64,000 nucleotides of DNA from Akkermansiaceae bacterium (GCA_051251915.1 JBPOGF010000006.1:117285-181284), one strand, 5' to 3'; counted from the stretch's first letter, positions 19,478 to 30,593 are shown. Program-made: numbers and translations. Notes: generated from the letters alone by a model not told the origin.

Positions 19478-20782
19478 TTATGGGTTGTTTTGGTAGAGGG
19501 TTTCTCCTTCTGATTTGGCGATGACTACGGCGGCGCAGGAGTCACCGAAGACGTTGACGGCGGTGCGTGACATGTCTAGGAGGCGGTCTACGGCGAAGAG
19601 TGCTAGGATGGCGTTGTCTGCTCCGGGGATGCCGGAGTTGTTCATGATGATGAGGATGGCGACCATGGAGGCGGAGGGGACGCCGGCTACGCCGATACTG
19701 GTGAGGAGGGCTGAGATGACGACGAGCATCTGGGCGGTGAAGGTCATTTCTAGTCCCATGACTTGGGCGACGAAGATGACGGCGATGCATTCGTAGAGGG
19801 CGGTTCCGTCCATGTTGACGGTGGCTCCGAGTGGGAGTGTGAAGCTGGCGGTTTTTTTGCTGACACCAGCATTATCTTGGACGCAGCGCATGGTGACGGG
19901 GAGGGTGGCTGAGGAGCTGGAGGTGGAGAAGGCGGTGAGGAGGGCGGTTTTCATGGCTTTGAAGTGAGCGATGGGGCTGACTCTTCCGACTATTTTGAGT
20001 AGTAGGGGGAGGACTAGGAACATGTGGAGGGCGAGGGCTAGGAGGACGGTGAAGAAGTAGGGGCCGAGCTGCTGGAAGACTTCTGCGCCGCTTTTGTAGA
20101 CGGTGCCGACCATCATGCCGAAGATGCCGATGGGGGCGGTGATCATGATCCATTGGGTGATTTTGATCATGATGTCATTTAGGTTCTGGAAGAAGTCTCG
20201 CATGGGTTGCATCTGGTCGGCGGGGAACTGGGTCATGGCGATGCCGAACATGAGGCTGAAGACGAGGAGTCCTAGGAGCTGGTCTTCTGCGCCGGCTTTG
20301 ATGATGTTTTGGGGGAGCATGCGCTTGAAGATGGCGGTCCAGTCTTTGGCTTGGTCTTGCCTGGAGGTTGCGAATCTTTCTTTGTCTGAGTCTGAGGTTC
20401 CTGCGGGTGCGTTATCGAATACTTCGCGGAGCTCTGCATTTGGCTGACCGTCTACGAGTCCGGGCTGCATGACATTTACGATAAGGAGGCCGAGGACTAC
20501 CGCGCTGAGGGTGGAGAGGAGGTAGAAGCCGAGGGTTTTGAGGCCCATGCGCTTGAAGCCATCGAATCCGGCTAGACCTGCGAGGCCGGCGATGATGGAG
20601 GAGACGACGAGTGGGACGATGATCATTTTGAGGGCTTGGAGGAAGAGGTCTCCGAGGAGGGTGCAGATTTTGAGGGTGGAGTTTACCCAGGCGACATCGC
20701 CGGCTTGCTTGAGTAGGGTGGCTACTAAGACGGCAGCTACTAGTGCGATGATGATCTGCCAATGGGTTGCTAATTTCTTCAT
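19478..20782 (-). CDS. Dicarboxylate/amino acid:cation symporter (DAACS, GltP-like)
   Basis: AFSTSSSSATLP, PLGATVNMDGTAL and DRLLDMSRTAVNVFGD motifs. Confidence 0.95.
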   Translation of the reverse strand: MKKLATHWQIIIALVAAVLVATLLKQAGDVAWVNSTLKICTLLGDLFLQALKMIIVPLVVSSIIAGLAGLAGFDGFKRMGLKTLGFYLLSTLSAVVLGLLIVNVMQPGLVDGQPNAELREVFDNAPAGTSDSDKERFATSRQDQAKDWTAIFKRMLPQNIIKAGAEDQLLGLLVFSLMFGIAMTQFPADQMQPMRDFFQNLNDIMIKITQWIMITAPIGIFGMMVGTVYKSGAEVFQQLGPYFFTVLLALALHMFLVLPLLLKIVGRVSPIAHFKAMKTALLTAFSTSSSSATLPVTMRCVQDNAGVSKKTASFTLPLGATVNMDGTALYECIAVIFVAQVMGLEMTFTAQMLVVISALLTSIGVAGVPSASMVAILIIMNNSGIPGADNAILALFAVDRLLDMSRTAVNVFGDSCAAVVIAKSEGETLYQNNP

Positions 20783-20866
20783 GGGCGCATGTTACAGATA
20801 TGTGAGAGGGTGTAAAAAAATAAATTTCACGTTGCATTTTCAAGTAGAAGAGATTGACTCAGCGGC

Positions 20867-22189
20867 ATGAGTAATTCTGTGAAATCTGTCCGTACGCGCT
20901 TTGCGCCATCACCTACTGGTTATCTTCATATTGGGGGAGCTAGGACTGCGTTGTTTAACTGGTTGTATGCTAGGAAGCATGGTGGGACGTTTGTATTGCG
21001 GGTGGAGGATACGGATGAGGAGAGGAATACGGATGAGGCGAGAGAGGCTATTTTTGAGGGGATGAAATGGTTGGGGATGGACATTGATGAGGGTCCTAGT
21101 GAGGGTGGAGAATTTGGTCCGTATAATCAGTCTGAGAGGCAGGCAATTTATGAAAAATGGTTCCAGAAGTTGGTGGATGCTGACCGTGTCTATGAGGATG
21201 ATGGTGCATGGAGGTTCCGTTTTGAGCGTAAGCCTATCACGATGCATGATATGGTGTGTGGTGAGGTGACGATTGATTATACTGATGAGTCGATCAATCC
21301 GGATATGGTGGTGAAGCGTTCGAATGGGACGTTTGTATTTCACTTTGTGAATGTGGTGGATGACATTGAGATGGAGATGACGCATGTGATCCGTGGGGAG
21401 GATCATTTGATGAATACGCCGAAGCATTTACAGTTGTTTGATGCGCTGGGTGTGGAGCCACCGAAGTATGCGCATATTCCGTTGATTTTGAATCAGGATG
21501 GCTCGAAGATGTCTAAGCGCGATGAGGGAGCTGCTGTGGGTGAGTATGCTAACAGTGGATATTTGTCTGCTGCGGTGGATAATTTTATCGCGTTGCTAGG
21601 GTGGTCACCGAAGGGTGAGCAGGAGATCTTTTCGGTGGCGGAGTTGGTTGAAAAATTTGATCTGGATGCGGTGAACCGTGCGCCGGCGAAATTTGATATT
21701 GAGAAGTGTGCGTGGGTTAACCAGCAGCATTTGTTGGCGCTAAGTGGGGAAGAATTTGCTGCGGCAGCGGCTCCTTATGTGGAGGCGGCAGGGTTGGCTG
21801 TGGATGGAGATTATCAGAAGATGGTTGTTTCTGTTCAGGAGAAGGTGAAGTTGCTGAGCGAGGTGCCTGCGATGATTGCTTTTTTCACTGATGGTGAGTA
21901 TCCGTTTGATGCGGATGGGATAGCGAAGGTGAAGAAGAATGACCAGGCTGTGATTTTGTTGGAGAAGTTGGCTAATTCATTTACGTCTCTGACTGATTGG
22001 AGTGATGCTAAGGAAAGTATTGGGACAACGGCTAAGGAGAACGGAGCTAAGCCTGGACAGTTGATGTTCCCTACACGTGTTGCGCTGAGTGGGATGACTG
22101 GTGGTCCGGACTTGGGTGAAATTTTAGTGATTCTTGGTCAAGAGGAGTCGATCCGCAGAATTCGTAGAGCAGTGACTGAGTTGTCATGA
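20867..22189 (+). CDS. gltX: Glutamate--tRNA ligase
   Basis: RFAPSPTGYLHIGG, LRVEDTD, HVIRGEDH, KMSKR and an anticodon domain ending in GPDL. Confidence 0.96.
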   Translation: MSNSVKSVRTRFAPSPTGYLHIGGARTALFNWLYARKHGGTFVLRVEDTDEERNTDEAREAIFEGMKWLGMDIDEGPSEGGEFGPYNQSERQAIYEKWFQKLVDADRVYEDDGAWRFRFERKPITMHDMVCGEVTIDYTDESINPDMVVKRSNGTFVFHFVNVVDDIEMEMTHVIRGEDHLMNTPKHLQLFDALGVEPPKYAHIPLILNQDGSKMSKRDEGAAVGEYANSGYLSAAVDNFIALLGWSPKGEQEIFSVAELVEKFDLDAVNRAPAKFDIEKCAWVNQQHLLALSGEEFAAAAAPYVEAAGLAVDGDYQKMVVSVQEKVKLLSEVPAMIAFFTDGEYPFDADGIAKVKKNDQAVILLEKLANSFTSLTDWSDAKESIGTTAKENGAKPGQLMFPTRVALSGMTGGPDLGEILVILGQEESIRRIRRAVTELS

Positions 22190-23064
22190 AGCACGTTTAT
22201 AAGATAGAGGATTTACGAGAAGGGGCTTTGCCTGCAAATGCTGGATTGGCGGTGCTGGGTTACCCCGTGTCTCATTCGGCATCACCGCAGATGCATCAAG
22301 CGGCGCTTGATGCGCTGGGTATAGATATCAGCTATATTCGGTTAGAAATAGAGCCTGGGAGTGTGGGTGAGTCGTTTGAGCTGATGCGAGGTCTTGGGTT
22401 CTTAGGGTGTAATGTCACGATTCCTCATAAGCTGGAGGCTATGGAGGGGTGTGATGAGTTGTCGGCTTCTGTGAAGTTGTTGGGAGTGGCGAATACGATA
22501 CATTTTAAAGATGGTAAGATCTTGGGGGATAACTCAGATGGGCCAGGCCTGATTCAAGCGCTTGAAGATGATTTTGGCGTTAAGGTTAAAGGGTCTAAGA
22601 TTCTCGTATTAGGTGCGGGTGGGGGAGCGGGTAAGGCGATAGCTACTCAGTTGAATCAAGAGGGGTGTGATCAATTGTATTTATCTAACAGAACTGTTAG
22701 TAAGGTGGAAACATTGGCAGGGAGTCTGATCAAAACGGCAACGCAAGTGCACACGATAGGGAATGGTTTCCTTGAGTTAGCTGGTGTGGCTGAGGAAGTG
22801 GAGATCATTATCAATGCTACTTCCATGGGGATGAAGCCTGATGATGCATTACCATTTCCTGTGGAATCGCTATGTGCGAGTCATAAGGTGTACGATGCGA
22901 TTTATAATCCGGCAGAGACTCCGTTGTTGAAAGCAGCTAAAGACAATGGAGCGACGACAGCTAACGGGTTGTCGATGTTGATTCACCAGGGAGCAGTTTC
23001 GTTTAAGATCTGGACTGGGAAACAGCCTGATGTAGCTCTCATGCGAGAAGCGATCACCAGTTAG
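22186..23064 (+). CDS. aroE: Shikimate dehydrogenase
   Basis: G.PVSHSASP, NVTIPHK, NSDG, GAGGGAG, INATSMGM and NGLSMLIHQG motifs. Confidence 0.95.
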   Translation: MKHVYKIEDLREGALPANAGLAVLGYPVSHSASPQMHQAALDALGIDISYIRLEIEPGSVGESFELMRGLGFLGCNVTIPHKLEAMEGCDELSASVKLLGVANTIHFKDGKILGDNSDGPGLIQALEDDFGVKVKGSKILVLGAGGGAGKAIATQLNQEGCDQLYLSNRTVSKVETLAGSLIKTATQVHTIGNGFLELAGVAEEVEIIINATSMGMKPDDALPFPVESLCASHKVYDAIYNPAETPLLKAAKDNGATTANGLSMLIHQGAVSFKIWTGKQPDVALMREAITS

Positions 23065-24182
23065 TCTTTCTCAGATGGTGGATTTTGCCAGTCTAACTTG
23101 TGGATTTCTCTGAGCACCATTACTGTTTCACCTTCGATTTCTTCAAAGTCGACGGTGACATCTAGTCTAATGGTTCTAGGAGGGTCAAATGATCCTAAGA
23201 TATCATGATTTTCAATTTTCTTCTCCCGCTGTTCTCTGAGTTCTTTGAACTTATTGGTGAGTTGAGTCTTGAGATCTGTCTGATGTTTTACGAATACAGA
23301 TTTCGACAATTGGCTGGGAAGGGTGCTGCTGTTATAGGCTTCTGAGAATTTGTATTCCTCGTATCCGCTGAGGCCCAGTGACTCGGTGCTGAGTTCTCTT
23401 GCGTAGAGTTTGAAACGTTTTGGTGAGTTCTTTCGCTTAGCTTCGCCGAATTTGAACCAGTTCATGTCGCCTAGTCTCACAAAGTTTGGCCAATCGATGA
23501 GCCAATCATCACCAACTTTCCAAAAGATAATTTCGAAATCATAGGTTTCAGAGGTCTGAGTGGAGCTAGGTATGTATCTAAGGAGTGCAACTAGCTTTGA
23601 GTTTTCGTCTGATTCTACTAGGTCAAATCTGAGGATACGTGATGTAGCCAGATCGTTTTTCATTAGATGGCTGCTGTAGTAGCGGTTAATATCTAATACC
23701 AGATCACTTCCGTTTAGGATGTGTGATGATTTGGAGTGAATCACTGTTTCGGATGCAAACCTTAGGAAGCGTTGGGCGCATTTCTGGAAGGCTTCATCTT
23801 TTCTGATTAAGTATGCCTTGTCTGCATCATCGAGTTCCACATCAGATTTTCCTGCTAACTTGGCTTTGTCATTCATGCTGATACCCATCAGAGTGATCAT
23901 AGCTAAACCGACGACCCAGATCAGGCAGATGATGGTCCAGTTTTTGCGTTGGCGTTTTTTCTTCATGGAGAAGATGTCAGCTTCATCCATTCCGGGGACG
24001 CCGTGTTTGCTCTTTTTGTCGTGTTTGTCTAGCGCTGGCATTTGCGCAACGGCGGCGAACTTTGGTCTCACTGGATGTTCTCCGCATGAGCCACATATGA
24101 TGTCTTCTTGAGCGCGTCTATTTGATTTAAACAACTCTCCACAGCGGTCGCAGTGGTATAAATATCTTTGTTCTTCAGCCAT
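23061..24182 (-). CDS. Hypothetical membrane-anchored protein with N-terminal Zn ribbon
   Basis: CDRC...CGSC, one transmembrane helix, soluble C-terminal domain. Confidence 0.75.
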   Translation of the reverse strand: MAEEQRYLYHCDRCGELFKSNRRAQEDIICGSCGEHPVRPKFAAVAQMPALDKHDKKSKHGVPGMDEADIFSMKKKRQRKNWTIICLIWVVGLAMITLMGISMNDKAKLAGKSDVELDDADKAYLIRKDEAFQKCAQRFLRFASETVIHSKSSHILNGSDLVLDINRYYSSHLMKNDLATSRILRFDLVESDENSKLVALLRYIPSSTQTSETYDFEIIFWKVGDDWLIDWPNFVRLGDMNWFKFGEAKRKNSPKRFKLYARELSTESLGLSGYEEYKFSEAYNSSTLPSQLSKSVFVKHQTDLKTQLTNKFKELREQREKKIENHDILGSFDPPRTIRLDVTVDFEEIEGETVMVLREIHKLDWQNPPSEKD

Positions 24183-24255
24183 ATGTGTGAGTCGATTATT
24201 TATGCACTTCTCAGAAAATCAATGCTTTTATCAAATACCTGATTTGGGCATTTGA

Positions 24256-25026
24256 TTAGTGTGCAAACATTGGGCGGACAGGGATACCTTTTTCTGCGAA
24301 ATATTCTTTTGCCTCGCGGACGGAATGTTGACCGAAATGGAAGATGCTGGCAGCTAGAACGGCATCTGCTTTGCCTTGTTCTAGAACGTCTACCATGTGT
24401 TGTAGATTTCCTGCGCCGCCACTGGCGATGACTGGTATTCCTACTGCTTCGCTGACTGCTGCGGTTAGCTCAATGTCGTAACCATCTTTGGTTCCATCGG
24501 CATCCATGCTTGTGAGTAAAATCTCACCGGCTCCTCTGTTGTAGACTTCTTTCGCCCACTCTACAGCATCGAGTCCGACTGGCTTTCTGCCGCCATGAGT
24601 ATAGACTCCCCATTTGCCGTTAGCGTCGCGTTTGGCATCGATGGCTACTACGATGCATTGATCGCCGAATGCCTTGGCTCCTTCATCGATTACGCCTGGA
24701 TTCACAACAGCGGCAGTATTCATACCTACTTTGTCCGCTCCTGCTAGAAGCATTTTACGCATGTCTTCAACGGTTCGAATTCCTCCGCCAACAGTGAGCG
24801 GTATGAAGCATTTTTCAGCAGTACGACGCACTACATCGACCATGGTCTCTCTTCCGTCACTTGATGCGGTGATGTCTAGGAATACTAGTTCATCTGCTTC
24901 TTGTTCGTTGTATGCGATCGCGCTTTCGACGGGGTCTCCGGCATCGACGAGGTCGACAAAGTTTGTGCCTTTCACTACTCTGCCATTAGTTACATCAAGG
25001 CAGGGAATAATTCGTTTTGCTAACAT
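24256..25026 (-). CDS. hisF: Imidazole glycerol phosphate synthase cyclase subunit
   Basis: [42 protein letters not shown] and LAASIFH. Confidence 0.98.
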   Translation of the reverse strand: MLAKRIIPCLDVTNGRVVKGTNFVDLVDAGDPVESAIAYNEQEADELVFLDITASSDGRETMVDVVRRTAEKCFIPLTVGGGIRTVEDMRKMLLAGADKVGMNTAAVVNPGVIDEGAKAFGDQCIVVAIDAKRDANGKWGVYTHGGRKPVGLDAVEWAKEVYNRGAGEILLTSMDADGTKDGYDIELTAAVSEAVGIPVIASGGAGNLQHMVDVLEQGKADAVLAASIFHFGQHSVREAKEYFAEKGIPVRPMFAH

Positions 25027-25047
25027 AATTTATTGATCTTCTATCGG

Positions 25048-25752
25048 TTAATTTTTCATTCCCCAAGCACCCACTTTGCGCTCCTTGGCATTGTTTTCCA
25101 TCGCTTTTAAACGTTCCTTTTGTTTCTTCCAGCTTGTGCCGTCTGGTAAATTTGAGCCCCAAGTGGATAAGCGTACTAGTCCTTCATTCACGAGTAATTC
25201 ATGGAGGTAATATTCTTTGCCGTCTTCTTCTAGGACGATATATGCGTGGATGCGTGTTTCGGATGGTTTGTCTGTGACTGGTTCCCATTTGGTGATCACT
25301 TTAAACTTCTTACCTTTGATGAGACTCATGGTGCGTTTCTTGCCTAGTTGTCCTAGTTTAGCAGTTTGGTCTCTATTGAGTCCTCCAAAGTATTGTCCTT
25401 GTTTATCTAATCTATCGCCATTGTTTTCTCCGCCGCCATAGGTTTTATAGGCGCTTTCGGCGGTGTCAGCGTAATAGAGCCTGATTTCATCTTGTCCCTT
25501 GTGATGCTTGATGTGGAAACTATCACCATCATTATGTTTATGCTCCGCTAATGTACAGTTTTCTAAGATTTCATACTCGTCGCCGACGACTTTTACTTCT
25601 GTTAGTTCGCCTATGCTGACTGATGATGAACTCTGTCCGCTAGTGAGATCATCTAATAGTTGGGGGTGTTTATCCTTGATGTACCAAGCCACTAGTCCTA
25701 CTACTAGGGTCAATATTACCATCAAAGTTGATTGTTTTTTCTGTCTAGCCAT
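25048..25752 (-). CDS. Thermonuclease (SNase-like) family protein, membrane-anchored
   Basis: DGDSF, RLYYADTAE, ELLVNEGL and E..AKERKVGAW motifs. Confidence 0.85.
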   Translation of the reverse strand: MARQKKQSTLMVILTLVVGLVAWYIKDKHPQLLDDLTSGQSSSSVSIGELTEVKVVGDEYEILENCTLAEHKHNDGDSFHIKHHKGQDEIRLYYADTAESAYKTYGGGENNGDRLDKQGQYFGGLNRDQTAKLGQLGKKRTMSLIKGKKFKVITKWEPVTDKPSETRIHAYIVLEEDGKEYYLHELLVNEGLVRLSTWGSNLPDGTSWKKQKERLKAMENNAKERKVGAWGMKN

Positions 25753-25769
25753 AAATTGATACGCGCCTT

Positions 25770-26414
25770 CTACAGTCCTGAGAAGCCTTTGTAAACCTTG
25801 TATGTTCCTGTCGGCACTGCTTGCTTACGCCATTCTTTTTTCAGCTTTCTGTAGGTCTTAATGAAGGCTGTGGGGTCAGCCCAGTTTGTGAGTGTGCTAG
25901 ACACACTTGTGCGATCCATTCCGACCTTGATATTATGTCTAATCTCGAAATGAAGGTGTGCTGGGTACATACCGCGATTATTTCCCATGGTGGCAATCTG
26001 TTGGCCACGTGTCACGTAGTCGCCTTTCTTTACCAGCATGGTTCGGTTATGGCCGTAGAGTGAATCGACGTATTTGATTTTTCCTGTTTTGGGATCTCGG
26101 TAGGCATGGCGGAGAATGATCACGCGTCCCCAGCCACCGCGGACGTCGTAGGCAAATGTCACGACTCCGTTTGCGCAGGAGTATATGGGGTCATGGAGAT
26201 CGGAATTTCCTCCGCCTGTGCCATTCCAGTCTTCGCCAAAATGGATAGGGCTCCGAAGCCGCATGCCCCGTGCTTTGTAATAATTTTTGGCATCTGGTTT
26301 CCCCACTGGGTAATCAAAACCATCCGCAAGCTCGACTCTAATCTGTTGGCCAAAGCTTAGCTCTGGTAAAAATACCAAAAAGCTGATTAGTCCGTATGCC
26401 AGATAGCGTATCAT
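25770..26414 (-). CDS. M23 family metallopeptidase
   Basis: HFGED, YGH and HLHFEIR motifs; signal peptide. Confidence 0.92.
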   Translation of the reverse strand: MIRYLAYGLISFLVFLPELSFGQQIRVELADGFDYPVGKPDAKNYYKARGMRLRSPIHFGEDWNGTGGGNSDLHDPIYSCANGVVTFAYDVRGGWGRVIILRHAYRDPKTGKIKYVDSLYGHNRTMLVKKGDYVTRGQQIATMGNNRGMYPAHLHFEIRHNIKVGMDRTSVSSTLTNWADPTAFIKTYRKLKKEWRKQAVPTGTYKVYKGFSGL

Positions 26415-26564
26415 TCAGAGCATCCTAGCTGTAACAACTCTCTTGTACCAATCAAAAAGTAGTGAATTATCAAAAAATAGGTGAATTTATTGAGGTTGTA
26501 TAAATTGGGGGAATCATTAAGCTCCCGCACTAAATAAGCATAATAATTATCCATCCCTCAGAAA

Positions 26565-27392
26565 ATGACATTCCTTAGCGAGCTAAACATCAATGAACTA
26601 GGAACAAGCGGCACTATCACGGCGGTAATCGTGGTGCTTACATTGCTTGGTTTCATCAAGGGTGCCGTGAAACTAGTGTTTCTGCTCTTTAGTTTAGCGG
26701 GGGCTGGCTATGCTGCGTATTGGGGGGCTGATGAGGGTTTGATTCACTTACAGAAAACTTGGCCAGCTGCTCCTGAGGCATTAGGAAATGTATTCGCTGT
26801 GATCTGTGGGTTGATAGCATTTTATTTTCTTTCTAAGATTTTCGGATTCTTCACTGATCCATTTGAAAATAGTAATTTCATCGCCCGTTTCGCCTTCGGT
26901 ATCCCAGCAGCACTTGTGAGTCTTGTAGCTGCGTCAGGTCTAGTCTGGCTGAGTCTTAATTTTCTAAAGGATAAGGGGGCTGAGAGCGAGATTAAGTATT
27001 GGATTACGCAAGATGATGCTGATATTAATACGCGTCTTAAAAGTTACCCGAGTTTGGCTAGTCTTAAGCACCAGTTTGAGTCATCTACTATGGGGAAGAA
27101 AATAGCTGACCTTTACAAGCTACATGAGAGTGAAAAGCATAATCTCGCCAAGCTTCTTGTAATAGCCAACACTTCAGCGGAGAAGATCAACCAGTTAGCT
27201 CAGGATGAGCGTGTGAAGAAAATTCTACGTAACCCGCAGGTGCGGAGGCTCATGAGCGATCCAAATATCCGCAAGCAAATAGCTGAGAATAATGTCCACG
27301 GATTATTAGAGAATCCGCAGCTTAATGCAGCGCTTGGTGAGCAGCAGCTCATGGAAGATCTGATTGCTATCAGCTCAGAACAACTCAAATAA
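26565..27392 (+). CDS. CvpA-like membrane protein
   Basis: Four N-terminal TM helices with GFIKGAV motif; helical C-terminus. Confidence 0.6.
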   Translation: MTFLSELNINELGTSGTITAVIVVLTLLGFIKGAVKLVFLLFSLAGAGYAAYWGADEGLIHLQKTWPAAPEALGNVFAVICGLIAFYFLSKIFGFFTDPFENSNFIARFAFGIPAALVSLVAASGLVWLSLNFLKDKGAESEIKYWITQDDADINTRLKSYPSLASLKHQFESSTMGKKIADLYKLHESEKHNLAKLLVIANTSAEKINQLAQDERVKKILRNPQVRRLMSDPNIRKQIAENNVHGLLENPQLNAALGEQQLMEDLIAISSEQLK

Positions 27393-27470
27393 TCATCAAA
27401 TTAGTAAGAAAGACATCAGCCAGTATTGACTCTCTGCCAGCTTTCTAATAATGACCTCCCCAGAATCACC

Positions 27471-28934
27471 ATGCCTAGAGAAGACTACATAGCCACCATC
27501 GGACTCGAAGTTCACTGCCAGATCACAGCTAACTCCAAGATGTTTTGCGGTTGCTTAGCCGGATACGGGCATGAGCCAAATACCAATGTTTGCCCAGTTT
27601 GCCTAGGTCTTCCTGGAGCATTACCTGTTCTAAATAAACATGCTATCGAGCAGACTGTTCTAGCAGGGATGTTGCTTGATTGTCGCACTCCGGAAATTTC
27701 TAAGTGGGATAGGAAGAACTACTTTTACCCGGATATGCCTAAGAACTTCCAGTTGTCGCAGTTTGACATCCCGCTTTGTATCGGTGGGGGAGTCCCGCTC
27801 TATGACATTGCTTATCCTAAGGAAGTGCAGAAGAATATTCCTAATCCAGGGAAAGTGGTTGAGATGAACCGGATTCACTTGGAAGAAGATGTGGCTAAGT
27901 CCACTCACTTTGCGAATCACTCTACTATTGATTATAACCGTGCAGGGACTCCTCTCATGGAGATAGTGACTGAGCCGGATATAGATACAGCGGATGAGGC
28001 ATATGCCTTCCTCAAGTCTCTCCAGCAGATCCTTATCTATGGTGGTATTTCAGACGCTGATATGGAAAAAGGGCAGATGCGTTGTGATGTGAATATTTCA
28101 GTAAGACCCATTGGCACCGATGAACTTGGCACTAAGTTAGAGGTGAAGAATCTCAATTCCATTACGGCGGTTAGAAAGTCAATTGAGTTTGAAATCCAGC
28201 GTCAATGTGATGAATACGATCAAGGCATTCCACAGCAACAAGCGACGATTCGTTGGGATGATGCTATAGGAGAAACTGTAGTGATGCGGATCAAGGAGGA
28301 CTCTGCGGATTACCGTTATTTCCCAGAGCCAGACCTCTTGCCAGTGCGTACTGCGGACATTGTGGCGAAGATGAAATCTCATGTGCCTGAGTTACCGCAC
28401 CAGAAGCGTGAGCGTTTTGTGAAAGAATATGCAGTTTCAGAATATGATGCTGGAGTTCTGACTTCTGAGAAGGCACTCGCTGATTATTTTGAAGAGGCTG
28501 CCAAAGGATCTAAGGCGTCTAAGAAGGTGGCTAACTGGATCATTAACACATTGCTAGGGAAGCTCAATGAGACTGAGCAGAGTATTCATGAAAATCCGGT
28601 GCCAGCCACAGCTCTTACGGCGCTTGTGGATCTTGTGGAAGCAGGAACTATTTCTAATAATCAGGCTAAAGAGGTATTTGATGCGCTCTGGGAATCTCCA
28701 GAAAAAGCGCCAGCGGACATTGCTAAGTCTAAGGGGTTTGAGCCTGCGGATAACTCAGCGATTGAGTCGATCATCGATGAAGTCATCGCGGCTAATCCGG
28801 ACAAGGTAGCTGAGATTACTGGTGGTAATCCGAAGATGGCAAACTGGCTGACTGGGCAGGTAATGAAAGCCTCTAAAGGTAAGGCGAATCCGAAGATGGT
28901 AACGGATACGATTACTGCTAAGTTGGGGCTCTAA
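27471..28934 (+). CDS. gatB: Asp/Glu-tRNA amidotransferase subunit B
   Basis: IGLEVH, RKNYFYPDMPK, RIHLEED, DYNRAGTPLMEIVTEPD, RCDVNIS and DYRYFPEPDL. ATG at 27471 preferred over TTG at 27426. Confidence 0.98.
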   Translation: MPREDYIATIGLEVHCQITANSKMFCGCLAGYGHEPNTNVCPVCLGLPGALPVLNKHAIEQTVLAGMLLDCRTPEISKWDRKNYFYPDMPKNFQLSQFDIPLCIGGGVPLYDIAYPKEVQKNIPNPGKVVEMNRIHLEEDVAKSTHFANHSTIDYNRAGTPLMEIVTEPDIDTADEAYAFLKSLQQILIYGGISDADMEKGQMRCDVNISVRPIGTDELGTKLEVKNLNSITAVRKSIEFEIQRQCDEYDQGIPQQQATIRWDDAIGETVVMRIKEDSADYRYFPEPDLLPVRTADIVAKMKSHVPELPHQKRERFVKEYAVSEYDAGVLTSEKALADYFEEAAKGSKASKKVANWIINTLLGKLNETEQSIHENPVPATALTALVDLVEAGTISNNQAKEVFDALWESPEKAPADIAKSKGFEPADNSAIESIIDEVIAANPDKVAEITGGNPKMANWLTGQVMKASKGKANPKMVTDTITAKLGL

Positions 28935-28940
28935 GCGGTT

Positions 28941-30593
28941 TTACTTCCAGGCTTGCTTAAGTAATTTCTGGTATTCTGCTGCTTTTTCTTGGTTGCCTAA
29001 TTTTTTATAGGCTTGGATCATTCCGGAGTAGATGTGTCCTGATTTAGCGCGCTTTTTCAGGGCTTGTTCGAAGTAGTTTAGGGCTTTTTCATATTCGCCG
29101 TGGCTTAGGCAAAGCCAGCCTAGATCTTCAGCTATGGGGTTGGCTAGCATGGGTGGTTCTGCGTAGAACATCTCGGATTCTTTTTGTAGGAGGATGTCTG
29201 CTAGGCTTAGGTCCATGTCTGACTTTTTATCAACATTGAATAGCCAGACTTTAGCTGCTTCGTTGTAGATGTTCATGATGGCTGCTGCGCGGACATCTTC
29301 GCGGTTGGCTGTGATGACTTTGCCGCGTTCTTGTTGGAATTTACCGATGGTAGTTTCTAGGTCTTCAGTGAGTTCGTAGATTTTGTCCCAGTCTGCAGAG
29401 CCATTCATTTCGGCTTGAATATCGCAATATTGCTGGAGGAATTTTATGTAATGGTGGAGTGAGGAGTCATCGCTGTATGGAGTATTATCTAGCGATTTAC
29501 TTGCTTCTGAAAATTTACGAAACCTTATGTTGATATAGGCTTCTAGTGTGGATGAGACGTAGCGGCCTTGGGACACGGTGGTGTTAGATCGTGTCATTTC
29601 TGAGGTGCTGTTTTTGAGTAATTTTGCGATGCGTAGTGCCTCGTCGTAGTTGCCGCGTTCGGCCTCATTTTTCGCCCAGTAGTGGAGGTTGTGGCTGTAG
29701 TTTGGGAGGTCGCTAGGGGTGATTTTTTCGTTTGCGAAATAGTTAACCTCATTATCAAAGCATTGTCTCAACGCTTCGCTTGCGTTTTCGTAATCACCAG
29801 CGAGGTAGTAGATGTGGCCTGGCATGTGGAGGAGGTGACCAATGTCTTTTCCCATGGAGGTAAGTTTTTTCACGTAGGGCATGGCCTTCATGAAGTCTGG
29901 GCTGGGCTCCATTAGGTGGATATAATAGTGAATCAGCCCCATGTGGTCTGGGTTTACTGCGAGGCCTTTTTCCAGTATCTTGATAGAGTTTTGGGTGCCG
30001 GGCTTAGGCTGGCCTTCTGGGGTGTATCCGTCCTGGCTCCAGTAGGCGAGGTAGCCTATGGCATTGAGGTCAGTGGGGAATTTTGTTGTGATCTCAGTGA
30101 GTGTTTTGCAGGCGGATTTAGATCCGCTGTTGAGGAGTTTACCGAGTGTGGCGATGTAGAGTTGCTCATGTTCTCCTAGATCTTTTGATAGCTCTAGTGC
30201 TTTATCGTAGGCTGCGGCACGTTCGTTTTGGGCTTCAGTTACTTTGCCAGGGAGAGCCATGCAGATGCCCCAGTATGCCATGGCACAGTCAGGGTCTTCT
30301 TCGATGGCTGCTAGAAAATAGCGATAGGCTTCTATTTCCCAGAAGCCATGGAGGCAGTTCAGTCCTTGGTTAAAATAGGTCTGAGCTTGCTGGCTTTTGG
30401 TGGTGATTTTTAGTTCTGCGTTGCCGAGGAACTGACGTATTTTGGGTTTTGGTAAATTCTTTAGCCAGGGGGCGTAAAATCTCCCTACTTCACAACAACG
30501 GCAGCGTGGCTCTTCTTGTGTATTCTGTGAAAAACTTACCTCAATGGGCGAGAGAGATAATCCGCTTAGTAGTAAAATAGCTCTTAAATTCAT
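28941..30593 (-). CDS. Secreted TPR-repeat protein
   Basis: AQTYFNQGL...GFW..EA, CAMAYWG, HYYIHLME and HLLHMPGHIY motifs; TPR-like helices. Confidence 0.8.
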   Translation of the reverse strand: MNLRAILLLSGLSLSPIEVSFSQNTQEEPRCRCCEVGRFYAPWLKNLPKPKIRQFLGNAELKITTKSQQAQTYFNQGLNCLHGFWEIEAYRYFLAAIEEDPDCAMAYWGICMALPGKVTEAQNERAAAYDKALELSKDLGEHEQLYIATLGKLLNSGSKSACKTLTEITTKFPTDLNAIGYLAYWSQDGYTPEGQPKPGTQNSIKILEKGLAVNPDHMGLIHYYIHLMEPSPDFMKAMPYVKKLTSMGKDIGHLLHMPGHIYYLAGDYENASEALRQCFDNEVNYFANEKITPSDLPNYSHNLHYWAKNEAERGNYDEALRIAKLLKNSTSEMTRSNTTVSQGRYVSSTLEAYINIRFRKFSEASKSLDNTPYSDDSSLHHYIKFLQQYCDIQAEMNGSADWDKIYELTEDLETTIGKFQQERGKVITANREDVRAAAIMNIYNEAAKVWLFNVDKKSDMDLSLADILLQKESEMFYAEPPMLANPIAEDLGWLCLSHGEYEKALNYFEQALKKRAKSGHIYSGMIQAYKKLGNQEKAAEYQKLLKQAWK

